Assembly (NCBI GenBank): GCA_964531645.1
Contig: CAZHEF010000002.1
Coordinates: 8,171 to 72,170 of the forward strand
Length of the DNA: 64,000 bases
Reading direction: 5' to 3'
Origin: an uncultured Clostridia bacterium
GTDB taxonomy: Bacteria > Acidobacteriota > Aminicenantia > JBFLYD01 > JBBIMS01
A program made the translations under genes and the position numbers. Below the pieces are notes generated by a model. It worked only from the letters and a program-made list of their open reading frames with translations. It searched no databases and was not told the DNA's origin. The number at the start of each line of letters is the position of its first letter. Position 1 is the stretch's first letter. Of this stretch, positions 11,667 to 21,061 are shown in pieces.

Positions 11667-12572
11667 TTATTCCTCGCTGAATATTACACCAAGAGCGATG
11701 GAGTTGAGTTTATCACTATCAGATTCATTTCTTGAGGGAATCAGAATAGGAGCTCTTGCTCCAACAATGACATGACCTACCTGAACTTTTACATAGTATG
11801 TAAAGGATTTTCCAAGAAGGTTTCCCGCTTCAATGTTTGGAACAATTAATATGTCTGCTTCTCCTGTAACTTCTGATCTCACACCTTTTTTCATGGCAGC
11901 TTCCTTTGAAACTGCAAGATCAAGGGCAAGAGGTCCGTCAACAATACATCCTTTTATCTCTCCCCTCTCGTTCATCTTCTTAAGCTCATCTGCGTCGACA
12001 GTAGCTGGCATAGCTGGGTTTACGACCTCAATGGCTGCAAGAATTGCAACCTTTGGATTTTCAAACCCAAGTTTGTGAAAAGCCCAGACAGCATTTTCAA
12101 CAATCTCTTTCTTCTCTTTAAGACCTGGAAGAATATTTATTCCACCATCAGACATTCCAACAATCCTTTCATCCTCAGAGGCTGGATTCTGCGCAAATAG
12201 AATGTCTGAAAGGAGTTTTTCTGTCCTCAGTCCCCTTTCTGAATCGAGAACAGCTTTTAAAAGAATGTGGGTGTGGAGATAACCTTTCAAAATAAAATGG
12301 GCTTTCCCTTCTCTGACAAGGTCAACCGCCATTCTTGCAGATTCCCCAGGAGTGCCTGCCTTTATAATTTCAAAATTCTCTTTTATATCAACCTCATCAA
12401 TAATTTTTTTTATTTTTTCAGGGTCTCCGATGAGGATTCCATTGACAAAACCTTCTTCAATCCCCTTTTTCACTGCAAGGATTGTAACTTTATCCTCAGC
12501 TAAAGGAACAACCAGAGTTTTTTTTCCTTTTTTCTTTGCAAGGTTGTGAATATCTTTAAATGATCTTACCAT
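11667..12572 (-). CDS. ptb: Phosphate butyryltransferase / phosphotransacylase
   Basis: 301-aa PTA/PTB family (SDGGIN..., GKSFTYY). Start ATG overlaps the iorB stop codon (TAATG), indicating translational coupling. Confidence 0.8.
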   Translation of the reverse strand: MVRSFKDIHNLAKKKGKKTLVVPLAEDKVTILAVKKGIEEGFVNGILIGDPEKIKKIIDEVDIKENFEIIKAGTPGESARMAVDLVREGKAHFILKGYLHTHILLKAVLDSERGLRTEKLLSDILFAQNPASEDERIVGMSDGGINILPGLKEKKEIVENAVWAFHKLGFENPKVAILAAIEVVNPAMPATVDADELKKMNERGEIKGCIVDGPLALDLAVSKEAAMKKGVRSEVTGEADILIVPNIEAGNLLGKSFTYYVKVQVGHVIVGARAPILIPSRNESDSDKLNSIALGVIFSEE

Positions 12573-13150
12573 TATTTTCCTCCTGTGATGGAAAACCCCA
12601 TTTCAAAAGCCCTTAGATTGACATCAATATGTTTCTTAGGAACATTCTCTTTTATAACATCCAGCCATATCTCTTTACTGATTTTTGTAATTGGTGTAAA
12701 GGCTCCGAGCATTACAATGTTCATGACCCTTGCATTTCCAAGGGATAGGGCAATACTTAATGCATCAACAGCATAAGTTTTAACCTGAGAATTTAAGGTT
12801 TCAAGTATATTTTCAGGATAAGATGCAAGACCAGCTGAAATAGGAAGCGGATTAAATCTGTAAGTGTTTATTATAATTTCACCATCTGGCTTTAAAAGAG
12901 GGAGAGCTCTTAGTCCTTCAAGCATTTCAAGGGCTAATATGTAATCTGCTGAATTTGCTCCAATTATTGGAGAGTAAACTTTCTCCCCCCATCTTATTGT
13001 TGATATTACATCTCCTCCCCTCTGGGACATTCCATGAACCTCACTTTTTTTAACATCATACCCTGCTCTGAGGCATACCTCTGTAAGTATGTCAGAAGCA
13101 AGAAGAACTCCCATCCCACCAACACCTGATATTACTACTGTTTTTACCAT
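12572..13150 (-). CDS. iorB: Indolepyruvate:ferredoxin oxidoreductase subunit beta (POR-gamma-like)
   Basis: VVISGVGGMGVLLASDIL motif of 2-oxoacid:ferredoxin oxidoreductase gamma-type subunits. Start set at MVKTVV at 13150 because of a GGGGAG RBS 7 nt upstream. Confidence 0.75.
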   Translation of the reverse strand: MVKTVVISGVGGMGVLLASDILTEVCLRAGYDVKKSEVHGMSQRGGDVISTIRWGEKVYSPIIGANSADYILALEMLEGLRALPLLKPDGEIIINTYRFNPLPISAGLASYPENILETLNSQVKTYAVDALSIALSLGNARVMNIVMLGAFTPITKISKEIWLDVIKENVPKKHIDVNLRAFEMGFSITGGK

Positions 13151-13256
13151 TTTATTACTCCCCATAAAAAGTTAAAAGGAAAATAGAGAATTGTAAAGTC
13201 TCTCTTATTAAACTTTGACTTACGCTTTTGCCTTTTGCTTTTTGCTATGTGCTTTT

Positions 13257-15041
13257 TCATTTCCCTTTCTCAGCTTTTGGGTTCCTTACCGACGGAGCCT
13301 GTGGATCAACCCATAATATAGCCTTTGGTGGGCAAAGTTCAAGACATACTCCACAACCAGTGCATGTAATTTCATCAATTACAGCTTTACCATCTTTCAT
13401 TGAAATTGAGGGACAACCAAGCCTTATACATATCTGGCAGGATGTGCAGAGCTCAGAATCAACTCTAACTGGAGAAAATTGAATTCCTTTGAAATCTTTG
13501 TGAAGAACACATTGTCTGTTGGTAATTATAACTGAGGGCTCTTTTCTGTAAATTTCCCTATTTATAATCTCCTTTAAATTTTTCACATCGTATGGGTCTA
13601 CAACAAAAACATTCTTTATTCCTATTCCTTTTACAAGGGACTCAATGGAAATTTTAACCCCTTCATCTCCCTTTGCTGTCTTCCCTGTTCCTGGATGGTC
13701 CTGATGACCTGTCATTGCAGTGGTAGAATTGTCAAGAATAATTACTGTCCCTGCTCCTTTATTGTAGACCATGTCAATTAGGGGAGTTATTCCCGAGTGA
13801 AAAAATGTTGAATCTCCTATAACAGCTACAATTTTGGGGGGTTCCTTTCTTCTTCTGTAGGCAAGTTCTATTCCAAAGGCATTCCCTATACTTGCACCCA
13901 TGTCAACACAACTATCGGTGGTTGAAAGGGGTGGTAGAGCTGCAAGGGTATAGCAACCAATGTCTCCGGTAACTATTGATTTTAACATTTTTAGAACATA
14001 GTAAACAGAAGTATGGGGGCAACCGGGGCATAGAGAAGGAGGTCTTGGAGGAATCTCCTGCAGATGAAAAATCTTTTTTTCATATGGAATTCCAAAAGCA
14101 TCCATCAGTATCTGAGGATTCAACTCTCCAATTAAAGGAACCTTTTCTTTGCCTGTTACCTTTATTCCGAGAGCTCTAACATGCTCCTCAAGAAAAGGCT
14201 CCAGCTCTTCGATCACAATTATTTCATCAACTGTTTCAGCAAATTTCTTAACAAGTCTCTCAGGAAAAGGAAAACTCATTGAGAGTTTTAGATAACTTGC
14301 ATCTTCAAAGACTTCCTTAGCATATTGATATGCAACTCCGGATGTAATTATTCCTAATTTTTTATTCCCTTTCTCAATCCTGTTATACTCAAAATTTTCA
14401 GAAAATTCCTTTAATTCTATAAGCCTCTTCTCCACCTCCACATGTCTTTTCCTGGCAACTGCTGGAAGAAGGACTCTCTTTTCGAACATTTTTTTATAAG
14501 GTTTCTCCTCAATTTCAATCCTTTCTCCTAATTCCACAATGCTTTTTGAATGGGATATTCGAGTGGTAAGCCTTAAAAGAACAGGTGTGTCGAAACTTTC
14601 AGAAATCTCGAATGCAATTCGAGCAAGCACCTTTGCCTCATGACTATCAGATGGTTCCAGTAGAGGAACTTTAGCCATCTTGGCATAGTATCTGTTGTCC
14701 TGCTCATTCTGAGAGCTGTGCATACCTGGGTCATCACAACTTACTATTACAAGACCACCATAAGCTCCGATATATCCTGCCGAGAAAAATGGGTCGGCTG
14801 CAACATTCAATCCTACATGTTTCATGGATGTGATAGCCCTTGAACCAGCAAAGCTTGCTCCCAAAGCAACTTCAAGAGCAACCTTCTCATTTATTGACCA
14901 GACCGCTTCAACCTCCTCGTATCCTGAAAGTGCTTCAAGAATTTCTGTGCTTGGTGTCCCAGGATAAGCTGTCGCAACTCTGACTCCCGCCTCCCATGCT
15001 CCCCTTGCTACCCCCTCATTTCCTGATAATAAAACCTTCAT
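13257..15041 (-). CDS. iorA: Indolepyruvate:ferredoxin oxidoreductase subunit alpha (TPP-binding, 2x[4Fe-4S])
   Basis: TPP motif GDSTFFHSG. Two ferredoxin-like Cys clusters CTSCQICIRLGCP and CTGCGVCLELCP at the C-terminus. Start at MKVLLSGNEG at 15041, with GAGGATGGA RBS. Confidence 0.85.
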   Translation of the reverse strand: MKVLLSGNEGVARGAWEAGVRVATAYPGTPSTEILEALSGYEEVEAVWSINEKVALEVALGASFAGSRAITSMKHVGLNVAADPFFSAGYIGAYGGLVIVSCDDPGMHSSQNEQDNRYYAKMAKVPLLEPSDSHEAKVLARIAFEISESFDTPVLLRLTTRISHSKSIVELGERIEIEEKPYKKMFEKRVLLPAVARKRHVEVEKRLIELKEFSENFEYNRIEKGNKKLGIITSGVAYQYAKEVFEDASYLKLSMSFPFPERLVKKFAETVDEIIVIEELEPFLEEHVRALGIKVTGKEKVPLIGELNPQILMDAFGIPYEKKIFHLQEIPPRPPSLCPGCPHTSVYYVLKMLKSIVTGDIGCYTLAALPPLSTTDSCVDMGASIGNAFGIELAYRRRKEPPKIVAVIGDSTFFHSGITPLIDMVYNKGAGTVIILDNSTTAMTGHQDHPGTGKTAKGDEGVKISIESLVKGIGIKNVFVVDPYDVKNLKEIINREIYRKEPSVIITNRQCVLHKDFKGIQFSPVRVDSELCTSCQICIRLGCPSISMKDGKAVIDEITCTGCGVCLELCPPKAILWVDPQAPSVRNPKAEKGK

Positions 15042-15075
15042 GATTCCATCCTCAATAATTAATAATTTAGGATTT

Positions 15076-15104
15076 ATTATCGAGAGAAAAAGTAAAAAAG
15101 TCAA
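15076..15104 (-). promoter_or_regulatory. Sigma-70-like promoter candidate for the ior-ptb-buk operon (TTGACT, 17 nt spacer, GATAAT)
   Basis: Read on the minus strand: TTGACT at 15104..15099 and GATAAT at 15081..15076 with a 17-nt spacer, about 35 nt upstream of the iorA start. Confidence 0.4.
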
Positions 15105-15146
15105 ATCCTTCTATTTGTCATTTCTTCAAAGGGCAAGTATTAGAGC

Positions 15147-16256
15147 TCATTTTAAAGCCTTCCATCCTTTCTCCTTCAACAATTTCTTATAAAGGGAGAT
15201 TGTGTTTTCAACCATACTCTCAACAGAAAATAGTTTTTTCGCTCTTTCATACCCATTTTCTCCCATTTTGATTAGTAAATCCCTGTTACGATATAAGTGG
15301 TAAATTGCATCAGCTAAAGCAGAAGGATTTCTTGGAGGAACAAGGATTCCATTGACCCCCTCTTCAACAGCCTCAGGTATTCCACCTGTTCTTGTTGCAA
15401 CAATCGGGAGCCTTGATGCCATGGCATCGAGGAGAGATGTGCACAGACCTTCCAGATAGGATGAGAGAACAAAAAGGTCGATTGCCTTGAGGAGATGGGG
15501 AATGTCATTTCTAAATCCTAAAAACTTTACAATATCTTCAACCCCAAGCTCTTTCGTCCTTGAAACAAGAAAATCTTTCAGCTCCCCATCACCAATAATG
15601 AGAATCTCTAAATCTGCGCTCTTTTCTTTTAAAATCTTTGCTGATTCAATTAAATAAATATGACCTTTATGATCAGTAAGATGGGCAACAATTCCTGCAA
15701 GGAATTTATCTTTTCTAAACCCAAGTTTCTGCTTCCACTCCTCTTTTGTGCTTTCTATCTCAAATTTCTTAAGGTCGGTTCCCTCATAAATTGTGTGAAT
15801 CTTGGATTCTGGAATTCCATCTTTTATAAGAACTTCCTTTACTCCATTAGAAACAGCTATGACAGCAGAAACAAGTTTGTCATATTTCAATTTTCTGAAG
15901 GGATTACCTTTGACTGAAAAATCAACCTTTCGGGCTGAAATTTTTATTGGAACTGGATGGACAAGTGATGAGAGAATCCCTAAAGTTGCAGAGTGAGAAT
16001 CATGAGAATGGAGAATTAGAGCCTTTTTCTTCTCTAAAATTTTTGAAATTTTTATTATTGAAAGGGGATCGAACTCAAATCGCATCTTAAGAGGATAGGT
16101 CTCAATTCCAGCATCAGTTGCTTTTTGCGATAAAGGAGACCCATCCTGACAAATTAAAGAAACATCAAAACCCCTTTCTTTTAATCCTTTTGTAAGATAG
16201 AGAGCCTGGGATTGCCCGCCTCTCCATCCTTTTCCACAATCAATATGAACTATCAT
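15147..16256 (-). CDS. Glycosyltransferase family 4 (GT-B, retaining)
   Basis: C-terminal EGLCTSLLDAMASRLPIVATRTGGIPE motif (E-x7-E region) of GT4 enzymes. Start overlaps the stop of the upstream GT2 gene by 4 nt. Confidence 0.8.
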   Translation of the reverse strand: MIVHIDCGKGWRGGQSQALYLTKGLKERGFDVSLICQDGSPLSQKATDAGIETYPLKMRFEFDPLSIIKISKILEKKKALILHSHDSHSATLGILSSLVHPVPIKISARKVDFSVKGNPFRKLKYDKLVSAVIAVSNGVKEVLIKDGIPESKIHTIYEGTDLKKFEIESTKEEWKQKLGFRKDKFLAGIVAHLTDHKGHIYLIESAKILKEKSADLEILIIGDGELKDFLVSRTKELGVEDIVKFLGFRNDIPHLLKAIDLFVLSSYLEGLCTSLLDAMASRLPIVATRTGGIPEAVEEGVNGILVPPRNPSALADAIYHLYRNRDLLIKMGENGYERAKKLFSVESMVENTISLYKKLLKEKGWKALK

Positions 16257-17002
16257 TTTCTCCTCTGAAACTCAAAAAGTTTTGCAAACTTTAAAAAGAC
16301 ATAGTATGAAGAAAAAAGAGAAATTATTAATCCATGAATTCCATCAAGAAATCCTGCACGGAATATGAAGTCCCTGAGGAAGGTAAATAAAGGAAGGAAG
16401 AAAATCTTTAAATAAGAGCTCCTCCTGCCATCTTTGAACATTTTTTCTGCAGAAAGAGTTGAATATCTTTCTATTCTCAAGGTGTGGTCTGAGAGATTCC
16501 TGTAAGAATAGTGTAATAAATCCCCATCCATCTCCTTTACCTTACCTTTAAATACAAGTCTTTCATGAACATAATCCCCTTCCCAGCAGGCAGAATCCTT
16601 TCTGAACAATCTTATTTTTTTATCAGGATACCAGCCGGAGTGTTTTATCCATTTTCCAAGATAAAATGTTTTTCTTTTAAAGGAGAATCCTTCAAAAACA
16701 GGCTTACTCTCTTTTAATTTAATTATTTCCTCCCTTAATTTCTGGGATAATCTCTCATCTGCATCAATGCTAAGAATCCATGGGTACTTTGCCTGTGATA
16801 TTGCAAAATTTTTTTGAGAAGAATACCCATCCCATTCTCTCTGGAAAAACCTTAGACCGTAAGATTTAACAATTTCAGGGGTTCTATCAGTGCTGAATGC
16901 ATCTACAACAATTATTTCATCAGCAACAACTTCAAGGCTTTTTAAAGTCTCTTCTAACCTGTCTTCTTCGTTAAAAGTAATAATGCAGGCACTTATTTTC
17001 AT
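16253..17002 (-). CDS. Glycosyltransferase family 2
   Basis: N-terminal ISACIITFNEEDRL and DAFSTDRT / SIDADE (DxD) motifs of GT2 enzymes. Confidence 0.8.
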   Translation of the reverse strand: MKISACIITFNEEDRLEETLKSLEVVADEIIVVDAFSTDRTPEIVKSYGLRFFQREWDGYSSQKNFAISQAKYPWILSIDADERLSQKLREEIIKLKESKPVFEGFSFKRKTFYLGKWIKHSGWYPDKKIRLFRKDSACWEGDYVHERLVFKGKVKEMDGDLLHYSYRNLSDHTLRIERYSTLSAEKMFKDGRRSSYLKIFFLPLFTFLRDFIFRAGFLDGIHGLIISLFSSYYVFLKFAKLFEFQRRK

Positions 17003-17038
17003 CTGTTCATATTATCACACCAAGTAAATCACAATCAA

Positions 17039-17268
17039 GTCAGCGAATCGCGTCACTAATTTTCTATATGAAATCTATTCCTTGCATCATGAGAAATTCT
17101 ATTCCAAATTTTTACTTTCTCCTGATAAATTATTTATCAAGGAGGCTTATGGATGGTTCTGGATATGAAGGAGTTAGCAAAAGAGAAAGGGCAAAGGGGG
17201 GAGGAGAGAGAATTTCATGTAGAATCTGATGATGCAATGAATATAATTTCATATAGATCTTTATATGA
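17039..17268. mobile_element. MITE-like internally deleted copy (~230 bp) of the IS remnant at 46317..46722
   Basis: The left ~80 bp (17039..17117) and right ~110 bp (17160..17268) are 85-90% identical to the two ends of the 46.3 kb copy. The ends carry imperfect terminal inverted repeats (TTTTCTATATGAAAT ... ATTTCATATAGATC). Confidence 0.6.
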
Positions 17269-17609
17269 TGCAGTTAGTAAAATTTCCACCTGAAGTTTCC
17301 TGAATTTTAATAGGTCTATCTTAGGAAGATATAGAAATAATCGACAAACTGAGACCAGAAGATCTTGAATAACCAATACCAAAATTCCAATAACCAATAT
17401 TCAAACAATCTCTTTGAGTTGAGAGTATGTAACTTCCATTAGTGAGAAGTGAAGTTCTTTCTTTAAATTTGGATATTGGGGAATTGAAGCTTATTTGGAG
17501 CTTGGTTATTGGTGCTTGGTGATTTTTAACCTTTGAGGTGACAGAGCTCATGTCTGTCATTCCTTTCATATCCTTCAGAAACTCAGGAAACTCCAGAATT
17601 TCCATGGGA

Positions 17610-18761
17610 TCAATAATTATAAATCACCATTAAAAGAAACCCTTTCCCTGCAAAGAAATTTTCATCATTTTTTTTGTAAATTCTGAATTCTTCAGGGTTT
17701 GCAAAAACCATTAGATTTATTGACCATCTATCATATGCCCTCTGCCAGCGGGCGAAACTATAAATATCTTTATTCTTTTTGTCATAAAAAATCATTCCTG
17801 ATAGATTGTCAAGAAGAAAGAGAGGATAGGAAAGGAAAAGAGCAAAAAATCTTGCTGAATATGGAGATAAAATTCGGGAAAAAGGCTTTTTAGAAGACTC
17901 AGTAAAAAAATACTCTGTAAGAAAATGAATTCCGTTCCCGATGGAGAAGGTATAGTCCATCCCAGCAGTAAAACTTCTCTGCCAGGGATAGAGGAAATTT
18001 GAGGTTCTTTGATTAGTAAAGACTGCTTCAAACCAGAGACCGATACCTATGTCCCATTTGCCATCTATAGCATATCTTTCTTCCGGGAAAGTGAAATTTT
18101 CGCTGGAAAGCGAAGAGTTTAAGAAAAGATTTTCAGGTAGAGTGTTTTTAAGAAAAACAGCTTTACGGTGATGGAATGAAAAGGCAAATTCTCCTTTTCG
18201 CGCTGGAATTTGGGCTCTGAATCCTAACTCAGGCTTATCTTTCTCTGATGGAAAAATCTCCCACCCTTTTGGACCCTTATTTTTATAGAGAATCCAGAAC
18301 CACAAATTTGTTTCTTTTGAGATAAATGTTTTAAGAAGCAGGGAGCGGACTCCATCCGTAAGTTGAATCGGGTCTCTGGGGTCAATTCTATAAAACCACA
18401 TGAGAGGACGGAGCAGTGAGGCAGACCCAAAGCTTATTTTCTGTAACCCTAACTTTGCCTCAAAGCGGGATGATGAATATTTTAAACTCAATCGGTATGG
18501 TTTAATTTTACTTGTAAAACTTTTTTCAGATGATTGAAAGGTGAAAGTTCCAAAGGTATTGATAAAAAATTCTCCTTCAATGAATTTTGAACCGGAAAAA
18601 TTATGAGAAAATGAAAAATCTGGAAGGAACCTGATTCCAAGCTGGGTGTAAGAGTCTTCTGATTTCGAATGAGTAAGCCAGAGCGCAACTAATCCGCGAT
18701 TTTCGAGTTTAATTGATGGAAAAAGGGAATGAGATAATAGAAAAAAAGATTAAAAAACATG
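17610..18761 (-). CDS. Hypothetical protein, possible outer-membrane beta-barrel (C-terminal aromatic residue; alternating hydrophobic pattern)
   Basis: The frame is open from 18761 (ATG, no SD) or 18836 (TTG) through to 17610. The provided ORF track splits it only because it begins at an internal TTG (18491). Ends ...MVIYNY. No recognisable domain. Confidence 0.4.
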
Positions 18762-18967
18762 AATAAAGAACTTTTCCAATAAAAGAAATAGAATAACTCA
18801 TAAGTTATTTTATTGTGAAAGCTTTGTTTTTTCAAAAAATAAAATCCATTTCAAAGCCAAAGTTCAAAATGGAATGAAATGTTCGCACACTAAAATCTGT
18901 GGATTTTCTTCTCTTTTTTTATTCAACTCTTAGCTGTCAGCGAAAAACTAAGATTACAAAAGAAAAT

Positions 18968-20899
18968 TTACTTTTTCAGAAGATAGTCTATACTTTTGAG
19001 AAGAATTGATGGAGTAAATGGCTTTTGCAAAAAATTAACATTCTCTCTTTCAAAAATATGATTGATTTTATTGGAAGGATAGCCTGAAATAAAAATTATC
19101 TTTATTTTAGGTAAAATCTTTAGAACTTCTTTTGCAGTTTCAAAACCATTCTTTTTAGGAAGAACAATGTCCGATATTAGAAGGACAAATTCTTTAATCT
19201 CTTTTGCTTTTTTTATTCCCTCCTCACCATCAGAAGCTGTTAAAACTTCGTACCCTGAGGATTCAAGGACATCCTTTATGAACTCAAGAACTTCAGGTTC
19301 ATCCTCGATTACCAGTATTTTCTCTCTCCCTTTTCTAAATACTTTCTCTTCTTTCTCTCTTTTTAAGAGATGGTTTATCTTTCCTTCAGATGCAGGTATA
19401 AAAAGAGTGAAACTTGTCCCCTTCCCTGGTTTGCTCTCAACATTTATATGACCTCCAGATTGCTTTACTATTCCGTAGACAATTGAGAGCCCAATACCTG
19501 AGCCCTTCTCTTTTGTGGAGAAAAAAGGCTCAAATATTCTACCAATTATCTCTTCTGGTATTCCTGTCCCGGTATCAGAAACCTTTATTACTGCATATTT
19601 TCCAGGCTTTGCCTCAGGATTTAATTTGCAGTCAGATTCCTTAAGCTCATCATTGTTTGTGGTTATTGTGAGGAGTCCTCCCTCAGGCATTGCATCCCTT
19701 GCATTGAGAGCAAGATTCAAAATTACCTGTTCCATCTGACTTGGGTCAGCTCTTACGCAGGCCACTTCAGGATTAAGAAAAAGGTCAACTTTAATTTTTT
19801 CTCCGAGTGTTCTTGATAAAAATTTACCGACCTTATGAATTAGTGTGTTGGGATTAAAACTCGTCTCTGAAATACTTCTACTCCTGCTGAAAGTAAGAAG
19901 CTGATTTGTTAGACCCGCAGCCTTTTCTGCACTTTCAAATATAAGTCTCAATTTTTCATGGTTTGGGTCCTCAGGTTTTAACTTTCTCAGAAGGATTTCA
20001 GCATTCCCCAGAATTATTGTAAGGAGATTGTTGAAATCGTGGGCTATACCTCCTGCGAGTCTTCCAAGGGCTTCCATTTTTTGAAATTCTCTTAATTTTT
20101 CATCAATTTTCTTATGTTCTGTCATATTCCTGATTGTTCCTCTGTAAGCGGCTGTTTTCCCCTCCGCATCCTTTAAAACATTGGCAGTTATCGAAACATC
20201 CAGCAGCCTTCCATCTTTAGTTTTAAGGGCTAACTCGTAATCTCTTACCGAGCCATCCTCTTCAATGGCTCTTTGGAAATTCTTCCTGTCCTCCAGATTT
20301 AAATAATGATTTTTAACATTGGATTCGAGAAAATTCTCTCTTGACTTATATCCGAAAAGTTCAACTCCAGCAGGGTTTATATAAAGAACTTTACCTTCAG
20401 GAGTGGTTATATACATGGGCTCAGCTGATTCTTCAAAAAAGGAATAGAACTTGCCAAAAAGAGAGAATATCTCATCAATGGCATTATCTATTAGATCCGT
20501 TTCCTGAATAGTTCCAATATATATTTTTTCCCCTTTATACCTTGCAAGATTTTTGGATATTTTTACATTTACCCTTCTTTTACCATTTTTATGCAAAAGG
20601 GAAATCTCTGACTCAAATTTCTCTTTTTTCTCTTCAATCAGGGACTTACAAATTTCTTTGAATTTTTCGCTATCTTCAGGTGGGATAAGTTTCTTTATTT
20701 TCAGTCCCTTAATTTCTTCCATTCTATATCCAATAAGATTACAAAAATCCCGACTTGCATAAACAATCCTATCTTCCTTAATTATAAACATCCCAATAGG
20801 AACTTCCTTTAATTTCATTTTAAACTCCTTTTTAAACCTCTCCTTCGATGGAAATGGAAAAAATGGAAACTTTATATTAATAATGAACTCCTTTTTCAT
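18968..20899 (-). CDS. Hybrid sensor histidine kinase (PAS-PAS-HisKA-HATPase-REC)
   Basis: H-box IAHDFNNLLTII, G-boxes DTGTGIPEE / GSGIGLSIV, and a C-terminal receiver domain ILVIEDEPEV...LISDIVLP. Confidence 0.85.
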   Translation of the reverse strand: MKKEFIINIKFPFFPFPSKERFKKEFKMKLKEVPIGMFIIKEDRIVYASRDFCNLIGYRMEEIKGLKIKKLIPPEDSEKFKEICKSLIEEKKEKFESEISLLHKNGKRRVNVKISKNLARYKGEKIYIGTIQETDLIDNAIDEIFSLFGKFYSFFEESAEPMYITTPEGKVLYINPAGVELFGYKSRENFLESNVKNHYLNLEDRKNFQRAIEEDGSVRDYELALKTKDGRLLDVSITANVLKDAEGKTAAYRGTIRNMTEHKKIDEKLREFQKMEALGRLAGGIAHDFNNLLTIILGNAEILLRKLKPEDPNHEKLRLIFESAEKAAGLTNQLLTFSRSRSISETSFNPNTLIHKVGKFLSRTLGEKIKVDLFLNPEVACVRADPSQMEQVILNLALNARDAMPEGGLLTITTNNDELKESDCKLNPEAKPGKYAVIKVSDTGTGIPEEIIGRIFEPFFSTKEKGSGIGLSIVYGIVKQSGGHINVESKPGKGTSFTLFIPASEGKINHLLKREKEEKVFRKGREKILVIEDEPEVLEFIKDVLESSGYEVLTASDGEEGIKKAKEIKEFVLLISDIVLPKKNGFETAKEVLKILPKIKIIFISGYPSNKINHIFERENVNFLQKPFTPSILLKSIDYLLKK

Positions 20900-21061
20900 T
20901 ATAACACAGAAATCAAAAACAATCTCTTTTCCTGAGGTGATTGTAAATTAGGTAATGTCCAGATCTTTGTGTCTTGGCAGAAAAAAATTGGGGAAGGAAG
21001 AGGAGATTTTCGAGACTTTTGCACAGGTGTAAGCTAAAGAGTTCGTTCTGATATACCCTTT

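Noticed and set aside
17321-17605. 94-aa ORF and an 11-bp inverted repeat (CCAATAACCAA / TTGGTTATTGG, ~120 bp apart) next to the MITE-like element
   Set aside because: The ORF has no start context or motif. The inverted repeat is short and its flanks do not match, so there is no support for a second transposable element or structured RNA.
18488-18688. 66-aa ORF on the minus strand listed separately from 17610..18491
   Set aside because: It is in a different frame from the long open frame. Manual translation shows the 17610.. gene's own frame stays open through this region up to 18761/18836, so this ORF is a shadow and not a frameshifted gene piece.
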